Positions 18,298-29,199 of a stretch of DNA of 64,000 nt are shown piece by piece (the first letter of the stretch is position 1; each line of letters begins with the position of its first letter). Position numbers and translations under genes: made by a program. Below the pieces are notes generated by a model. It saw only the letters and a list, made by a program, of their open reading frames with translations, did no database searches and had not been told where the DNA came from. Source of the stretch: a virus; IMG/VR virus record IMGVR_UViG_3300025133_000022, positions 32,001 through 96,000 of that record. One strand, 5' to 3'.

Positions 18298-19314
18298 ATG
18301 TTCGAGAAAACCTCAATGAATTCTAAACCAGCGTTACACTACTGGGAGCACGTCAAGATAGCTATAAGTCTTGACACAAACGTATTTAAACTCATTTTTA
18401 CTAAAAAAGATGCAGTTGCAGAAGCAGTGCTTTACCGCTATGGTTCTTTTGCCAAACGAACGGTAATCTGCACCAGTACCCAAAGCGGCTGTCCTATGGG
18501 TTGCCGATTCTGCGGAGCCGGTGAATACTTCAACCGAAGCCTGACGGCCGAAGAAATCTTCGAACAAACCACAGTTGCCATGCAGCTTGTAAAACTGTTA
18601 GAAAATATCAACAGTACTAACATCGACAGCATGCAAATCATGTTCATGTCCATGGGCGAACCTACACTCAACCAGAAAAACCTAGCCACTGCAATCAGGA
18701 AGCTACACTCTTGGTACCCTGAATCAGCACTGCTTATCAGCACCAGTGCACCCCGTGTTAGCTACGATGAAATTTTCAAAGTCTCAGCCGAGATTAATAA
18801 AGTTGGACTGCAATTCAGTGTACATGAAAGCACTGACGAAGCTCGCAACAAACTCATCCCTATCAAAGGCAAGCTGACTCTTCGAGAGATCAGCCACCTT
18901 GGCAACGCCTGGGCAATGACCACTGGCAGAACTCCGTTTTTCAACTACTGTGTTCATCCAACAAACAACAGTATCGAGGACGCTGAGCGACTCTGGAACC
19001 TCTTCAGTCCCATGGTCTGGCAGGCAACCATCTCTGTCATTTGCGAACGCACAGAAAGCGTCGCAGCAGCCAACATCCGGCAGCGCAAACTCGCAACGAA
19101 CTTCGAGAAACACTTAATGGAACGAGGCTTTAGTACTCGTACTTTCGACCCTGCAGGACAAGATGACATTGGTGGAGGTTGTGGACAGCTTTGGTTTGTC
19201 CAAAAATGGCTACGAGAACATCCAGAACATGCCAAAAAGACTTGTGGAACTGGCCTACCTCAAGTGCACACTCCCACAGTGAACCCAATTAACGAAAAAA
19301 CCACATTAGAATAA
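18298..19314 (+). CDS. rlmN: RlmN/Cfr-family radical SAM RNA methyltransferase
   Basis: STQSGCPMGCRFC (CxxxCxxC), FMSMGEP, FSVH, DDIGGGCGQL. Confidence 0.85.
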   Translation: MFEKTSMNSKPALHYWEHVKIAISLDTNVFKLIFTKKDAVAEAVLYRYGSFAKRTVICTSTQSGCPMGCRFCGAGEYFNRSLTAEEIFEQTTVAMQLVKLLENINSTNIDSMQIMFMSMGEPTLNQKNLATAIRKLHSWYPESALLISTSAPRVSYDEIFKVSAEINKVGLQFSVHESTDEARNKLIPIKGKLTLREISHLGNAWAMTTGRTPFFNYCVHPTNNSIEDAERLWNLFSPMVWQATISVICERTESVAAANIRQRKLATNFEKHLMERGFSTRTFDPAGQDDIGGGCGQLWFVQKWLREHPEHAKKTCGTGLPQVHTPTVNPINEKTTLE

Positions 19315-19391
19315 AACCCATGATTCAGAGCCCGGCATAGCCGGGCTTTTTAATTGAAACTTTATTAAAGCTTCTAAAAACGAGGTACTTT

Positions 19392-20096
19392 ATGTCAAAC
19401 CCAACTCAATGGGACGTAGGAGGCTACGTCCGCGATGAACTCCTAGGTATTCCTAGCAAAGATCGCGACATTATGGTTGACCTGCCAAGCTACGAAAAAC
19501 TAGAAGCATGGGCAGAACAACATCTAACAAAAATCTATGAACGACGTCCTGAAATGCTTATCTTGCGAGGACACGGCCCCCTGGGGCCAGTCGATTACAA
19601 CCTCCCGCGCAACGAATCAGCCTACAGTGACAGCAGAACTCCAAACTCAGTAACGGTAGGCACTTTCGAGCAAGATATGGCTCGCAGAGATTTTACTTGT
19701 AATGCTATTGCCAAAAACATTGCAACCGGTGAAATCATAGACCTCCATGGAGGAATGTTAGACATCAATATGCGACGACTACGAATGGTAGGAAGCGCTT
19801 ACGCACGCCTTGATGAAGACCACCTACGAATTGTTCGTGCAATTCGATTCTGCATCACCAAAGGTTTCACACCATATGGAGAATTAGAGAAAATTCTACT
19901 ACATGGTGAATATGCAGATAAACTAGAATCCCTACCTGTTGAACGCATTGCAAATGAAATGTGTAAAGCATTTCATTTCAATACTGCATCAACACTGCAC
20001 TTTCTTGCGTCAATTCATCCAAAATATACAGAAGCCATCTTCTCAAAAAGACTCTGGCTACTACCAACCTTAAAAAATCGCAAATCTGCGGGATAA
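19392..20096 (+). CDS. cca: CCA-adding enzyme / tRNA nucleotidyltransferase (short form)
   Basis: VGGYVRD...DRDI, DMARRDFTCNAIA, EDHLRIVRAIRF. Confidence 0.88.
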   Translation: MSNPTQWDVGGYVRDELLGIPSKDRDIMVDLPSYEKLEAWAEQHLTKIYERRPEMLILRGHGPLGPVDYNLPRNESAYSDSRTPNSVTVGTFEQDMARRDFTCNAIAKNIATGEIIDLHGGMLDINMRRLRMVGSAYARLDEDHLRIVRAIRFCITKGFTPYGELEKILLHGEYADKLESLPVERIANEMCKAFHFNTASTLHFLASIHPKYTEAIFSKRLWLLPTLKNRKSAG

Positions 20097-20100
20097 CCAT

Positions 20101-20691
20101 ATGGTATTTGACATAAAGAAACGCCTCAGAGCATTTCTACGAGATCCACCCGACACCACTCGTGAAGAACTTCCAGAATCAGAAACAGAATGGTATTCCG
20201 TCCTATCAGAAGAACAAAAAGAAGAAGAAAGAGAAACATGGACATTAAAAGAAATGTCCGTTCAGCTCATTGAAGAAGCTCGAGCAACTGTTTCTCTAAT
20301 GAGTAAATGGGTGCCTGACGAAAAAACACTTTCTGAAGTCGCAAAACTTCTTCCAGAAGACAAAAAAGAATTAATCAACTCTCCCGAATTGTCTGAATTA
20401 ATTACAGAAATTCAAGACAAATACGTTTCTCAACCATTCTTAACCAAATACTTTGAACGCTTGCACAGCTTTCAAGAAGATGTTGCTAATCTTGAAAAAG
20501 ATGACCACATTATGCACTACTTAGAAGTAAGCACAATGGCTAGTCAACTAGCTCAAATCATGGTGATTTCAACTCAAGCCCTAATTGCTAAAGCGTATGC
20601 TTTTAGACTTAAGGAACTTGAAAAAACTAAAGAACCAGCCGCAGAGCAACCCAATTGGACAACTTGGGGTGGAGTTACCGGTGAAGGATAA
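20101..20691 (+). CDS. Hypothetical protein
   Basis: ORF track. Confidence 0.6.
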   Translation: MVFDIKKRLRAFLRDPPDTTREELPESETEWYSVLSEEQKEEERETWTLKEMSVQLIEEARATVSLMSKWVPDEKTLSEVAKLLPEDKKELINSPELSELITEIQDKYVSQPFLTKYFERLHSFQEDVANLEKDDHIMHYLEVSTMASQLAQIMVISTQALIAKAYAFRLKELEKTKEPAAEQPNWTTWGGVTGEG

Positions 20692-20938
20692 ATTCTTACT
20701 CTGGCTAGAGCAATACATCCTAAATTCAGATTGGCTGTACTTCACTTCCGCATTCTACTGGGCGAGAAACAGAGAGCGAATTCGCCAAAAACAAGAATAT
20801 GAAGTACGCAAAGCTAAAGACAAAACCAAACTAGACAGCTCTGTCAAAACAATTCTCGATCACTACAACGAAACTGGCAAATCACCAAAAGTCATTATGG
20901 ACTATGGTACCAGACTAGAAGCATTCTACGAGGAATAA
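20681..20938 (+). CDS. Hypothetical protein
   Basis: GTG start overlapping the previous stop. Confidence 0.45.
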   Translation: MKDKFLLWLEQYILNSDWLYFTSAFYWARNRERIRQKQEYEVRKAKDKTKLDSSVKTILDHYNETGKSPKVIMDYGTRLEAFYEE

Positions 20939-20941
20939 GCA

Positions 20942-21760
20942 ATGAGCAGAACAATCTTCATCGGAGACGTACATGGATGTTTAAAAGAACTTCAAGAACT
21001 TATTTGTAAGATACACTTACATCAAAACGACCATCTTGTTTTCGTTGGAGATCTGATTCATAAAGGACCCGACAGTACAGGAGTTCTTGAATATGTTCTC
21101 AACTTAACGAAAACATATAAAGTTGATATCATTTGTGGAAATCATGAAGAAAAACATCTTCGCTGGCTAAAAACAGAAGCATCTTGTCTTAAAACAAACA
21201 CTAAGAACACAATGCTACACGTAGAAGAATACCCATCGGTCAACGTCTCAAGCGAAGTCAAAGAACTTCTAGAAAACACCTACATTGCAAAAAAATACAA
21301 TAACACTGTAGCTGTACATGCTGGCATCCCTAGCAATTTGCTAGAACTCAAATGCATAACACATGCCGAGTGGTCTGCAACTAGCGGCAAACAGAAACGC
21401 GCTCTTGCTCAAGTTATGAGAGTTCGATTCCTTGCTGGACCCAACAGAACTAGCACAAATAGCAAAGGCAAAACAAAGAAAGTACAAATGGGCAAAATGA
21501 TTGCCCTTGGTCAAGAAAAACCAGAAGACAACTACTGGGCTAACGTTTATGATGGACGCTTCGGAACAGTAGTTTTTGGACACAACCCATTTATGGAAAA
21601 CAAGCCAAGAATCTTTCCCTATGCCTTTGGGGTTGACCTAGGATGCGTGCACGGAGGCTACCTCTGTGCACTAATCAAGAAAAATAAAACCACTACACAC
21701 GTTGTAGTCAAAGCAAAACAAACCTATCAAAAAAGTCCATCTTGGATTTACAAAAACTAA
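20942..21760 (+). CDS. Ser/Thr phosphatase-type metallophosphoesterase (PrpA/ApaH/Pnkp-phosphatase-like)
   Basis: IGDVHGC, VGDLIHKGP, GNHE, VHAG, FGH, DLGCVHGG. Confidence 0.88.
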   Translation: MSRTIFIGDVHGCLKELQELICKIHLHQNDHLVFVGDLIHKGPDSTGVLEYVLNLTKTYKVDIICGNHEEKHLRWLKTEASCLKTNTKNTMLHVEEYPSVNVSSEVKELLENTYIAKKYNNTVAVHAGIPSNLLELKCITHAEWSATSGKQKRALAQVMRVRFLAGPNRTSTNSKGKTKKVQMGKMIALGQEKPEDNYWANVYDGRFGTVVFGHNPFMENKPRIFPYAFGVDLGCVHGGYLCALIKKNKTTTHVVVKAKQTYQKSPSWIYKN

Positions 21761-21770
21761 AGGAACCAAA

Positions 21771-22127
21771 ATGTTATTTTGTCATGCACTCGTTGCTTAC
21801 ATGTATAAAAATGACCCCACTGAACGCACAACCCGATGTACATTTGCGGTCCGGCAAGACGAAAACCAAACATACTCATATGCAACCGCGTGGGCCTCTC
21901 CGTCAGACAACTTCGCTAAGAGGATTGGCCGACAGATCGCCCACGCTCGCCTAATCAACAACTCCCCCGTTCATGTCAATAAAGTAACTACTGGCGCTGA
22001 AAATTATCGTGACATCCTGAAAACAGTCATGGCCGACGCTATGGACAAAGGGCCATCTCGATGGACTGTCACAGATATCACATTCTTCAAAACTACCAGT
22101 GATGCAATTCTCGCACAGACTCAATAA
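21771..22127 (+). CDS. Hypothetical protein
   Basis: ORF with RBS. Confidence 0.6.
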   Translation: MLFCHALVAYMYKNDPTERTTRCTFAVRQDENQTYSYATAWASPSDNFAKRIGRQIAHARLINNSPVHVNKVTTGAENYRDILKTVMADAMDKGPSRWTVTDITFFKTTSDAILAQTQ

Positions 22128-22188
22128 ATCAAATTCTAGAGACACACAAGCCGCCTTTAAGGCGGCTTCTTATTTGAAGGAGTGACTT

Positions 22189-22638
22189 ATGCCAACAGAA
22201 CACCATCAAGGCGACTTGCTTGCCAGCAACTGCACAGTCATAGCACATGGTTGCAATTGCTTTAACACAATGGGAGGAGGAATAGCACGTGTTATCAAAG
22301 CACGCTATCCCAAAGCCTACCAAGCCGATTGCGAAACCACAAGAGGTGACGCGAACAAGCTTGGCACCTACACTATGTGTTCGTACCCTGATCGCAGAAT
22401 CTTCAACCTGTATACACAATACAGGTTTGGAACAAACAAAATGCATCTTGATTATGAAGCACTTGTTAAGGCTCTCTTGCAATTGCGTTCGGCCTTAGAT
22501 AAACACGACCCCCACCATAATGAAATCGTAGGCTTCCCACGCATTGGTTGCGGATTAGCCGGTGGGAATTGGAAATACGTTGAAGAGCTTATCGAAACAG
22601 TATTCCCTAACAGAACGATACACATCTACACACTTTAG
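22189..22638 (+). CDS. Macro domain protein (ADP-ribose binding/hydrolase)
   Basis: QGDLL, AHGCNCFNTMGGGIA, NLYTQ, FPRIGCGLAGG. Confidence 0.9.
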   Translation: MPTEHHQGDLLASNCTVIAHGCNCFNTMGGGIARVIKARYPKAYQADCETTRGDANKLGTYTMCSYPDRRIFNLYTQYRFGTNKMHLDYEALVKALLQLRSALDKHDPHHNEIVGFPRIGCGLAGGNWKYVEELIETVFPNRTIHIYTL

Positions 22639-22645
22639 CGGACAC

Positions 22646-22861
22646 ATGGACAACGAAAAACCAAGACGCTCAAAAAAAGCCCAAAACCGCCGACGCGGTG
22701 GATCTAACCCAATCGCAATAGCTCATGGTAAACGCGGTGGGGCAGGAGGAGGTGCGCACCGCAACAAAGCAAAAAGCGCACAACGCAGTGAGCGTCACCA
22801 GAAACACAAAAGGTCTTGGTACGATGAATACCAAGACCTTGAAGATTACTCAGAAGAATAA
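22646..22861 (+). CDS. Small basic protein
   Basis: Arg/Lys/Gly-rich ORF. Confidence 0.45.
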   Translation: MDNEKPRRSKKAQNRRRGGSNPIAIAHGKRGGAGGGAHRNKAKSAQRSERHQKHKRSWYDEYQDLEDYSEE

Positions 22862-22864
22862 ATC

Positions 22865-23302
22865 TTATGCAAACGTCACAGCAATATAACCTGGGAAACC
22901 AGGAACATTGAGTGGACGAACCATAAGGTGAAATGTATCAGTTGATGTTTGTAAATCTTCTATATCAATAACTGCAACTCCAGAAGAGTTAGTAGTTACA
23001 ATTAAACGTGGCTGAGCAGTTGTACTAACCTCAACACCAGTGGTTGCTGCTAAGTGAGCGTTAGTCACTAAAGCATCAACACCAGTATCTGTTAAAAGAA
23101 CACATTCAAGAGTAATAGCTTCGTCAGCAGTTACATAATCATTAAGAGCCTCTTGAAAAGTAGTCATAGTGATTGTAACAGCAATCTTTTCAGATGCTTC
23201 TGAAGCAGCAACAAGCTGCGGAATATATCTACGCTGACGCAGAAAACGTTCTTGAACCCATCCATTGGCTGCACTTGCTGCAACAATCGAAGAACTAGGC
23301 AT
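22865..23302 (-). CDS. Hypothetical protein (opposite strand)
   Basis: AGGAGG RBS on the minus strand; beta-rich. Confidence 0.65.
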   Translation of the reverse strand: MPSSSIVAASAANGWVQERFLRQRRYIPQLVAASEASEKIAVTITMTTFQEALNDYVTADEAITLECVLLTDTGVDALVTNAHLAATTGVEVSTTAQPRLIVTTNSSGVAVIDIEDLQTSTDTFHLMVRPLNVPGFPGYIAVTFA

Positions 23303-23440
23303 ATTGACCTCCTATAGCTTACTAAGCTATCTAGTCTCTCATCAACCAATAGATGGACACCCATATGTGTCGGACTAGCCAACACCAGCATATCTAAACA
23401 ACAACAACACGTCAAGTGCAATCACAAAGGAAATGAAAAC

Positions 23441-25024
23441 ATGCCAAACCCAAACTTATTCCACACCAAAACATCCCAGCCACTAGCCACCAGCCACAAC
23501 AACGCAGGTGGTCGTGCTTACAAAACTTCCGATATGCATGCGCTTGCACAGCTAGCATGCACTGGTGTATTTAACAACACCTACTACACCAAAGCTGAAA
23601 ACCAACTCAAGCAAGCTCGCGCGCTCTGCAAAAAGGTAAGCCCAGCAACAGTTGCACGTATCGCTGTATACTCACGTCAACAAGGCATGATGAAAGACAT
23701 GCCTGTGCTCTTGCTTACCTACTTGTTTTCCATCGAAGACAAGAAATACTTCAATGCCGCATTCCCGTATGTCGTAAACAACATCGGACAGCTACGCAGC
23801 TTTGTGCAAATGGTTCGTAGTGGTGTTTGTGGTCGTCGCTCTCTTGGCTCTGCAGGCAAGCGCGCAATCGCAAACATGCTCAACACCATGACTCCTCGTC
23901 GAATCTTCTGGCAAGCCACTGGCAAAGGTATGAGTTTTGCAGATGTTCTCAAGCTTGCTCATGTAAGACCACAAAGTGCAGCACACGACAGCTTCTTTGC
24001 CTACATGTTAGGTAAAAGTGTTTCTGAAGACTTTGAGAAACTACCAGAAAACATCCAGCACTTCGAATTGTTCAAACGCAAAGAGTACAGCGAAGTACCA
24101 GATGTACCATTTCAACGCCTGACCAATCTAGATCTTAGTGTAATCCAGTGGGGTGAAGTCACGCGCAAAATGACTTGGAACCAGCTTCGTTTCAACCTAA
24201 ACAACCTCACTCGCAAAGGTGTGTTCAAGGACACTCAGCTGGTTCTCGAAGTAGCAACCAAACTTCGCAATCCCAAAGCAGTGCTTGGCAGCAAGGTTTT
24301 GCCATTCAGTCTATACAACACTGTCAAACATCTAGATGACAGTGTTCCACAAGCTCTAAAGAACGCTATGGTCGATGCACTGGAAATCAGCGGACAAAAC
24401 GCCCCTGTGCTTCAAGGCAACACCCTCGTTCTCGTCGACTCTAGTGGCTCTATGAACTCGCCAACAACTGGCTACCGTGCTGGCGCAACCACCACCATGC
24501 GTTGCGTCGAAGCAGCTGGATACTTTGCAGTCAGCATACTCAAAGCCAACCCAGACAGCACCACCATCCTGCCATTTGACGGCCGAGTTCATCCAGTGAA
24601 CTTAAATCCACGTGATAGCATGGCAACCTTAATCAAAAAACTCCCAACTGCAGGCGGAAGCACCAATATTGCTTGCGGTATTGAATGGGCACTACACACA
24701 AGTACAAAATTCAACCAAATCATCATTGTTTCTGACAATGAGAGCTGGGTGAACTCTGATCAATACATGTGGTACAGTCACAAAATCACTGCAACCAAGC
24801 AAGCTTTTGAAAGATACCGTCGTCACAAGAGCCCTGGCTGTAAAATGATTTGTATCAATATTCAGCCAAGCACTACAACAACGCAGGCACCCGATGACAA
24901 AAATACACTAAACGTAGGAGGACTCAGCGACGCAGTCTTCCGTGTTGCTAGCCAATTCCTCACCAGTCGTGGTAACGCGCACTGGGAAGATGTACTTAAC
25001 AAGATTCTTCCGAATCTCAAATAA
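23441..25024 (+). CDS. rsr: Ro60/Rsr TROVE-domain RNA-binding protein
   Basis: NNAGGRAY, LAQLACTG, MKDMP, LRFNLNNL, vWA C-terminus LVDSSGSM...GGSTN...VSDNESW. Confidence 0.92.
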   Translation: MPNPNLFHTKTSQPLATSHNNAGGRAYKTSDMHALAQLACTGVFNNTYYTKAENQLKQARALCKKVSPATVARIAVYSRQQGMMKDMPVLLLTYLFSIEDKKYFNAAFPYVVNNIGQLRSFVQMVRSGVCGRRSLGSAGKRAIANMLNTMTPRRIFWQATGKGMSFADVLKLAHVRPQSAAHDSFFAYMLGKSVSEDFEKLPENIQHFELFKRKEYSEVPDVPFQRLTNLDLSVIQWGEVTRKMTWNQLRFNLNNLTRKGVFKDTQLVLEVATKLRNPKAVLGSKVLPFSLYNTVKHLDDSVPQALKNAMVDALEISGQNAPVLQGNTLVLVDSSGSMNSPTTGYRAGATTTMRCVEAAGYFAVSILKANPDSTTILPFDGRVHPVNLNPRDSMATLIKKLPTAGGSTNIACGIEWALHTSTKFNQIIIVSDNESWVNSDQYMWYSHKITATKQAFERYRRHKSPGCKMICINIQPSTTTTQAPDDKNTLNVGGLSDAVFRVASQFLTSRGNAHWEDVLNKILPNLK

Positions 25025-25070
25025 CAAAGAGCCCACTCGTTGAGTGGGCTCTAATATTCAAACCACAAAA

Positions 25071-25637
25071 ATGAAAGTATACTTATTTTTATCAAATTCA
25101 CTGAAAGACGCACTTGCTGCACACGGAATTAGTCAAGAAGATTATCGCCCGGCATATGGCGGGGAAAGCGTTGGTTTAGACCTATATAATGCAGGAGACA
25201 GAATTATAATTCCACCTGTTGAAAAGCTACGCTACTTTGCACAACTAGAACTCAATCAGGAAATGGCAAAACCTGATACTTGGTCTGATATGCCAGAAAG
25301 CGCACGAAAAGCAATTTTCAAACGACTTGTTCCTACTGGGATAAGATCAGTAATTCCTACAGGTTATGCCGGTATCATCATGGAGCGTAGTTCTATAGTA
25401 AAGACACCCCTGAAGGTGCGAGCCGGAGTTATAGATCCTGGATATACTGGAGAAATCTTTATCAATATGATAAATGTTTCAAGTATACCGTTTGTACTTG
25501 AGCCAGGAGAAAAAACTCCATTTCAGCTTATTGTGCAAAAAGTAACAACCAATTACAACGTCGTAAGCGCACAAGAGTATTCAGAACTCATAAGCAAAAA
25601 CACTCGACAAGAAAAACGTATTGGTAGCTCCGACTAA
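25071..25637 (+). CDS. dut: dUTPase
   Basis: SVGLDLY, VPTG, IMERSS, GVIDPGYTGEI, QL, RIGSSD. Confidence 0.9.
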   Translation: MKVYLFLSNSLKDALAAHGISQEDYRPAYGGESVGLDLYNAGDRIIIPPVEKLRYFAQLELNQEMAKPDTWSDMPESARKAIFKRLVPTGIRSVIPTGYAGIIMERSSIVKTPLKVRAGVIDPGYTGEIFINMINVSSIPFVLEPGEKTPFQLIVQKVTTNYNVVSAQEYSELISKNTRQEKRIGSSD

Positions 25638-25644
25638 GGATAAT

Positions 25645-28600
25645 ATGAAAACTAGAAGTACAAGAGCATTTCGATTAAGCGAAAAATTTATCGAACCATA
25701 TAAAAACAAAAACGTACCATGGGGACCAATAGGATACGTCACGTATAAGCGTACATATCCACGTCGTCTTGACGACAACAACCCAAATGCAGGTACAGAA
25801 GAATGGCATCAAACATGCAGACGAGTGATCGAAGGCATGTTCACCATGCAAAAACGCCACTGCGTTCAAGCAGGTCTTCCTTGGAGCAATGCGAAAGCTC
25901 AACGCACAGCACAAATCGCATATGACAGATTGTTCAATCTAAAGTGGACACCTCCAGGTCGTGGGTTAACTCCATAGCCCACGCTAAAGAATGTAAATTG
26001 CTGGAAACTCCTTAGAGCCTCGGACACCACACGACTGCAAGTCGAAAGGTTTGACAAGAACGAGGATTGGACAATCAGCAGCCAAGGGAATTTAATGATC
26101 AACAACCAACTACTAAGGGAAATAGAAGAAGGAGTGATTTCTAGCAGACGCCAGCTCTACAAACGAGTAGGTAGAAGTAAGAAATTATTACAGTGGCTTA
26201 ATGACAACAACATCTTAGTCCCACAAAAATGGGATGCTGGTAGAGTTAAAGCTGAACTTCTACAACTTAAGAACAAGTTGGGCAGGCTACCAAAAGCTTG
26301 TGATAATGAAGCTCTAACGGCAAGAGCACAGAAATATTATGGCACATGGAATAATGCCCTAAGAGAAATCTTTGGAGTAGTGAATCAACGATGGCACAAT
26401 CACCTGTCAAACGATCAGCTCATTGAGCTGGTTAAACAACATGTAATCACTAACCAAAGACTACCACTTAGAGAAGAGTTTGATGGCAAATCACCGGCCT
26501 ATCCATATTTTGAAGTCTATCTAAATAGATTTAACATCAAAATATGGTCAGAAATCTACACTATAGTAGATCTCACAGGAATCAAATACTTTCCACACAA
26601 GAAACATGGCACAGGATACATTTACATGCATCAAGGCGTTGTTTACTTGTCGAAGCAAGAATACCTAATAGGCAAATATTTAGTAAAAAATAACATCAAA
26701 TTTAAGAAAGAAGTACCATATGGTAATTGTAAATATATCTTTGACTTCTATCTTCCAGAACTAGACTTGTACATTGAGTACTACGGGCTAGCAACTGAAG
26801 AATATAAAAAGAAAATAGAAAACAAAAGACTACATTATGGTGTAAGAAGCGTGCTTGAGATTTTCAAGCACGAGAACACGATCAAGAAATTAAATTCCAA
26901 GGTTCAGAGACTATAATCATTCCTCGTTGGTTTAATCACGAGAAGGTATAGTCCAGCGCATGGTGAAAGCTATGCGAAAGTCCCATCTGTATGGATGATG
27001 GGCACAGACTTCGTTCAAGAACGCACCGCAGCTGGTTTGTTTAACTGCGCGTTCAGGTCTACTAAGGACCTGGCTGCCAAAGGCGGCTATCTCTTCCAGT
27101 GGATGATGGATGCCCTCATGGTGGGTATTGGAGTAGGTTTCGACACCCTCGGTGTCGGCACCCTCAAAATCAAAGCTCCTGGTAGCAAGTTCCCTACCCC
27201 AGAGCAAGTTCCTGAGATGGAAAACACCTACCATCGCATCAATGGTGAGTGGACTTGTATCATTGCTGACAGCAGGGAAGGTTGGGTTGAAAGTGTGCGC
27301 GTTCTCCTGAACGCATTCTACTTTGGCTACGAGCTACCCAACTTCTGCTACGATAGTATTCGTCCAGCAGGTAGCCTCATCAAAGGCTTTGGCGGTGTTG
27401 CCAGTGGCTCTGGGCCCCTGGCTGACCTACATCAGTCACTCATTGCTATGTACTCTGAAGCCGTTGGTAAGTTGATTACTACCGAGAACATTGTAGATAC
27501 TCAGAACCTTATTGGTAGGTGTGTGGTTGCCGGCAACGTCAGGCGCTCCGCAGCTCTAGCAATGGGACAAGCAGGTGACAAGCACTTCCTGGTACTCAAG
27601 GACCCAACCCAGGTCCACGAGTGGGAAGCTGAGCTAGCTGTATCTCTTGAGCAATACCCTCCTCCCGTACCACTCGACACATCAGTTCTTGCTGGTGCAT
27701 TGGGAGCCGAGTACGCAGAGCAGACAGCTGAAGAAGCAACAAAGATCGCGCAGCTCCTGGCAGAATTCCAAGTAGCTTGGGATCGTCAAGCTGAACTCAA
27801 GGAACTCATCACTAACCACCCTCTACGTCATCACCGTTGGGGTAGTAACAACAGCGTTGATGTCAGTGGCGTCACAGACTTTACAGAATACGCTGAGCTC
27901 ACCGTAAAGAACGGAGAGCCTGGATATATCTTCTTGGAGAACGCACGCAGACACGGGCGTCTCAAGGACCCTGAGAGAGATGACGACCTACTCGTCATGG
28001 GATTCAACCCCTGCGTAGAACAGCAACTAGAAGATGCAGAGCTTTGCTGCCTGGTGGAAACCTATCCATGGTTGCACGAGAGCTACGAAGACTACCTCAT
28101 CACCCTCAAGATCGCTTACCTATACGCTAAAACAGTTACACTGGCTAAAACCCAGTGGCCTGAGACTAACGCTATCATGCTTAAGAATCGACGTATCGGA
28201 CTAAGTATGAGTGGGTTTGTCCAAGCTGCTTACCAGCGTAGCTTCACAGAGATGTATGAGTGGTGCGACAATGCCTACGACTATGTTCAAAAGCTAGACG
28301 GCACTTACAGTGACTGGTTGTGTGTTCCGCGTAGCAAGCGGACCACCTCTATTAAACCTTCCGGTACTGTTAGCAAGCTAAATGGTAGTTGGCCCGGCAT
28401 TCATCACCCTGAATCAGAACATTACATTCAACGAATCAGGTTCTCTGAAGACAACGACATGCTACCTGCTCTCATTGCCAATGGCTATCATGTAGAGGAC
28501 TGTGTTTACAGTCCTGGCACCAAGGTGGTTAGCTTCCCTGTTAAAGAAGAACACTTTGTTCGCGGCAAAAAGGAAGTAAGCATGTGGGAGCAGTTAGAAA

Positions 28601-28911
28601 TCGCTGCCCAAATGCAATACTACTGGGCAGACAACAGCGTCAGCGTAACGGTAACCTTTCAAGATCACGAAGCAGCAAGCATTCCTCATGCATTACAGCT
28701 ATACAGCAAGCGTCTAAAAGCAGTAAGTTTCCTCAAATACAAAGAAACAGGCTATGTGCAAGCTCCTTATGAGCCTATAAGTGAAGACACTTATAAACAG
28801 ATGATAGCCAAAGTGACTCCACTTCAACGCGTTAACGCATCCACTCAGGGCGTTGGTGAGCGTTTTTGCACTACGGATAGCTGTGAAATCGACTTTAGCA
28901 AACCTAACTAA
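25645..28911 (+). CDS. nrdJ: Class II (B12-dependent) ribonucleotide reductase, spliced: join(25645..25966,26990..28911)
   Basis: Splicing restores TPPGRG-L-WMMGT; LFNCAF, GNVRRSA, GFNPCVEQ, CCLVE, TSIKPSGT. Confidence 0.92.
25967..26989 (+). mobile_element. Group I intron in nrdJ
   Basis: P1 CGTGGGT/GCCCACG with U-G pair; core elements AAATTGCTGGAAA, AATCAGCAG, GTTCAGAGACT, AAGGTATAGTCC; terminal G. Confidence 0.9.
26095..26916 (+). CDS. Intron-encoded homing endonuclease (DNA-binding repeats plus Vsr/PD-(D/E)xK-like nuclease)
   Basis: YYGTWNNAL-type repeats; C-terminal SKQE...FDFYLP...IEYYG. Confidence 0.75.
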   Translation: MINNQLLREIEEGVISSRRQLYKRVGRSKKLLQWLNDNNILVPQKWDAGRVKAELLQLKNKLGRLPKACDNEALTARAQKYYGTWNNALREIFGVVNQRWHNHLSNDQLIELVKQHVITNQRLPLREEFDGKSPAYPYFEVYLNRFNIKIWSEIYTIVDLTGIKYFPHKKHGTGYIYMHQGVVYLSKQEYLIGKYLVKNNIKFKKEVPYGNCKYIFDFYLPELDLYIEYYGLATEEYKKKIENKRLHYGVRSVLEIFKHENTIKKLNSKVQRL

Positions 28912-28920
28912 GGAAAAACA

Positions 28921-29130
28921 ATGACAAGATTTAAAATCGGAGACACAGCAACAAGAACTATTGAGAACTCAGTCGGACATCCAATTGATGTACCTGTCGG
29001 AATTTACATACAAGACAATACTCTTGACACTCACCCAATCCTAGTCATGATGGATCCAATGACTATAACTGACGTACGCAAGTACACAGAAGAACTAGTC
29101 AAAACACTTAACGCAGCTGTACATAAGTGA
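28921..29130 (+). CDS. Hypothetical protein
   Basis: ORF with RBS. Confidence 0.55.
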   Translation: MTRFKIGDTATRTIENSVGHPIDVPVGIYIQDNTLDTHPILVMMDPMTITDVRKYTEELVKTLNAAVHK

Positions 29131-29199
29131 GGCGTAGCCTCACTTGTGGGGCGAGAACAGGTCCTCTTTCACTTTCATGGGTGGCGCGCAGCGCCACCT

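Noticed and set aside
23303-23440. Y RNA directly upstream of the Ro60 gene
   Set aside because: No T-loop, scaffold motif or convincing terminal stem was seen
25621-28911. Two separate RNR genes, or a frameshifted pseudogene
   Set aside because: Group I intron signatures and exact motif restoration on splicing explain the split
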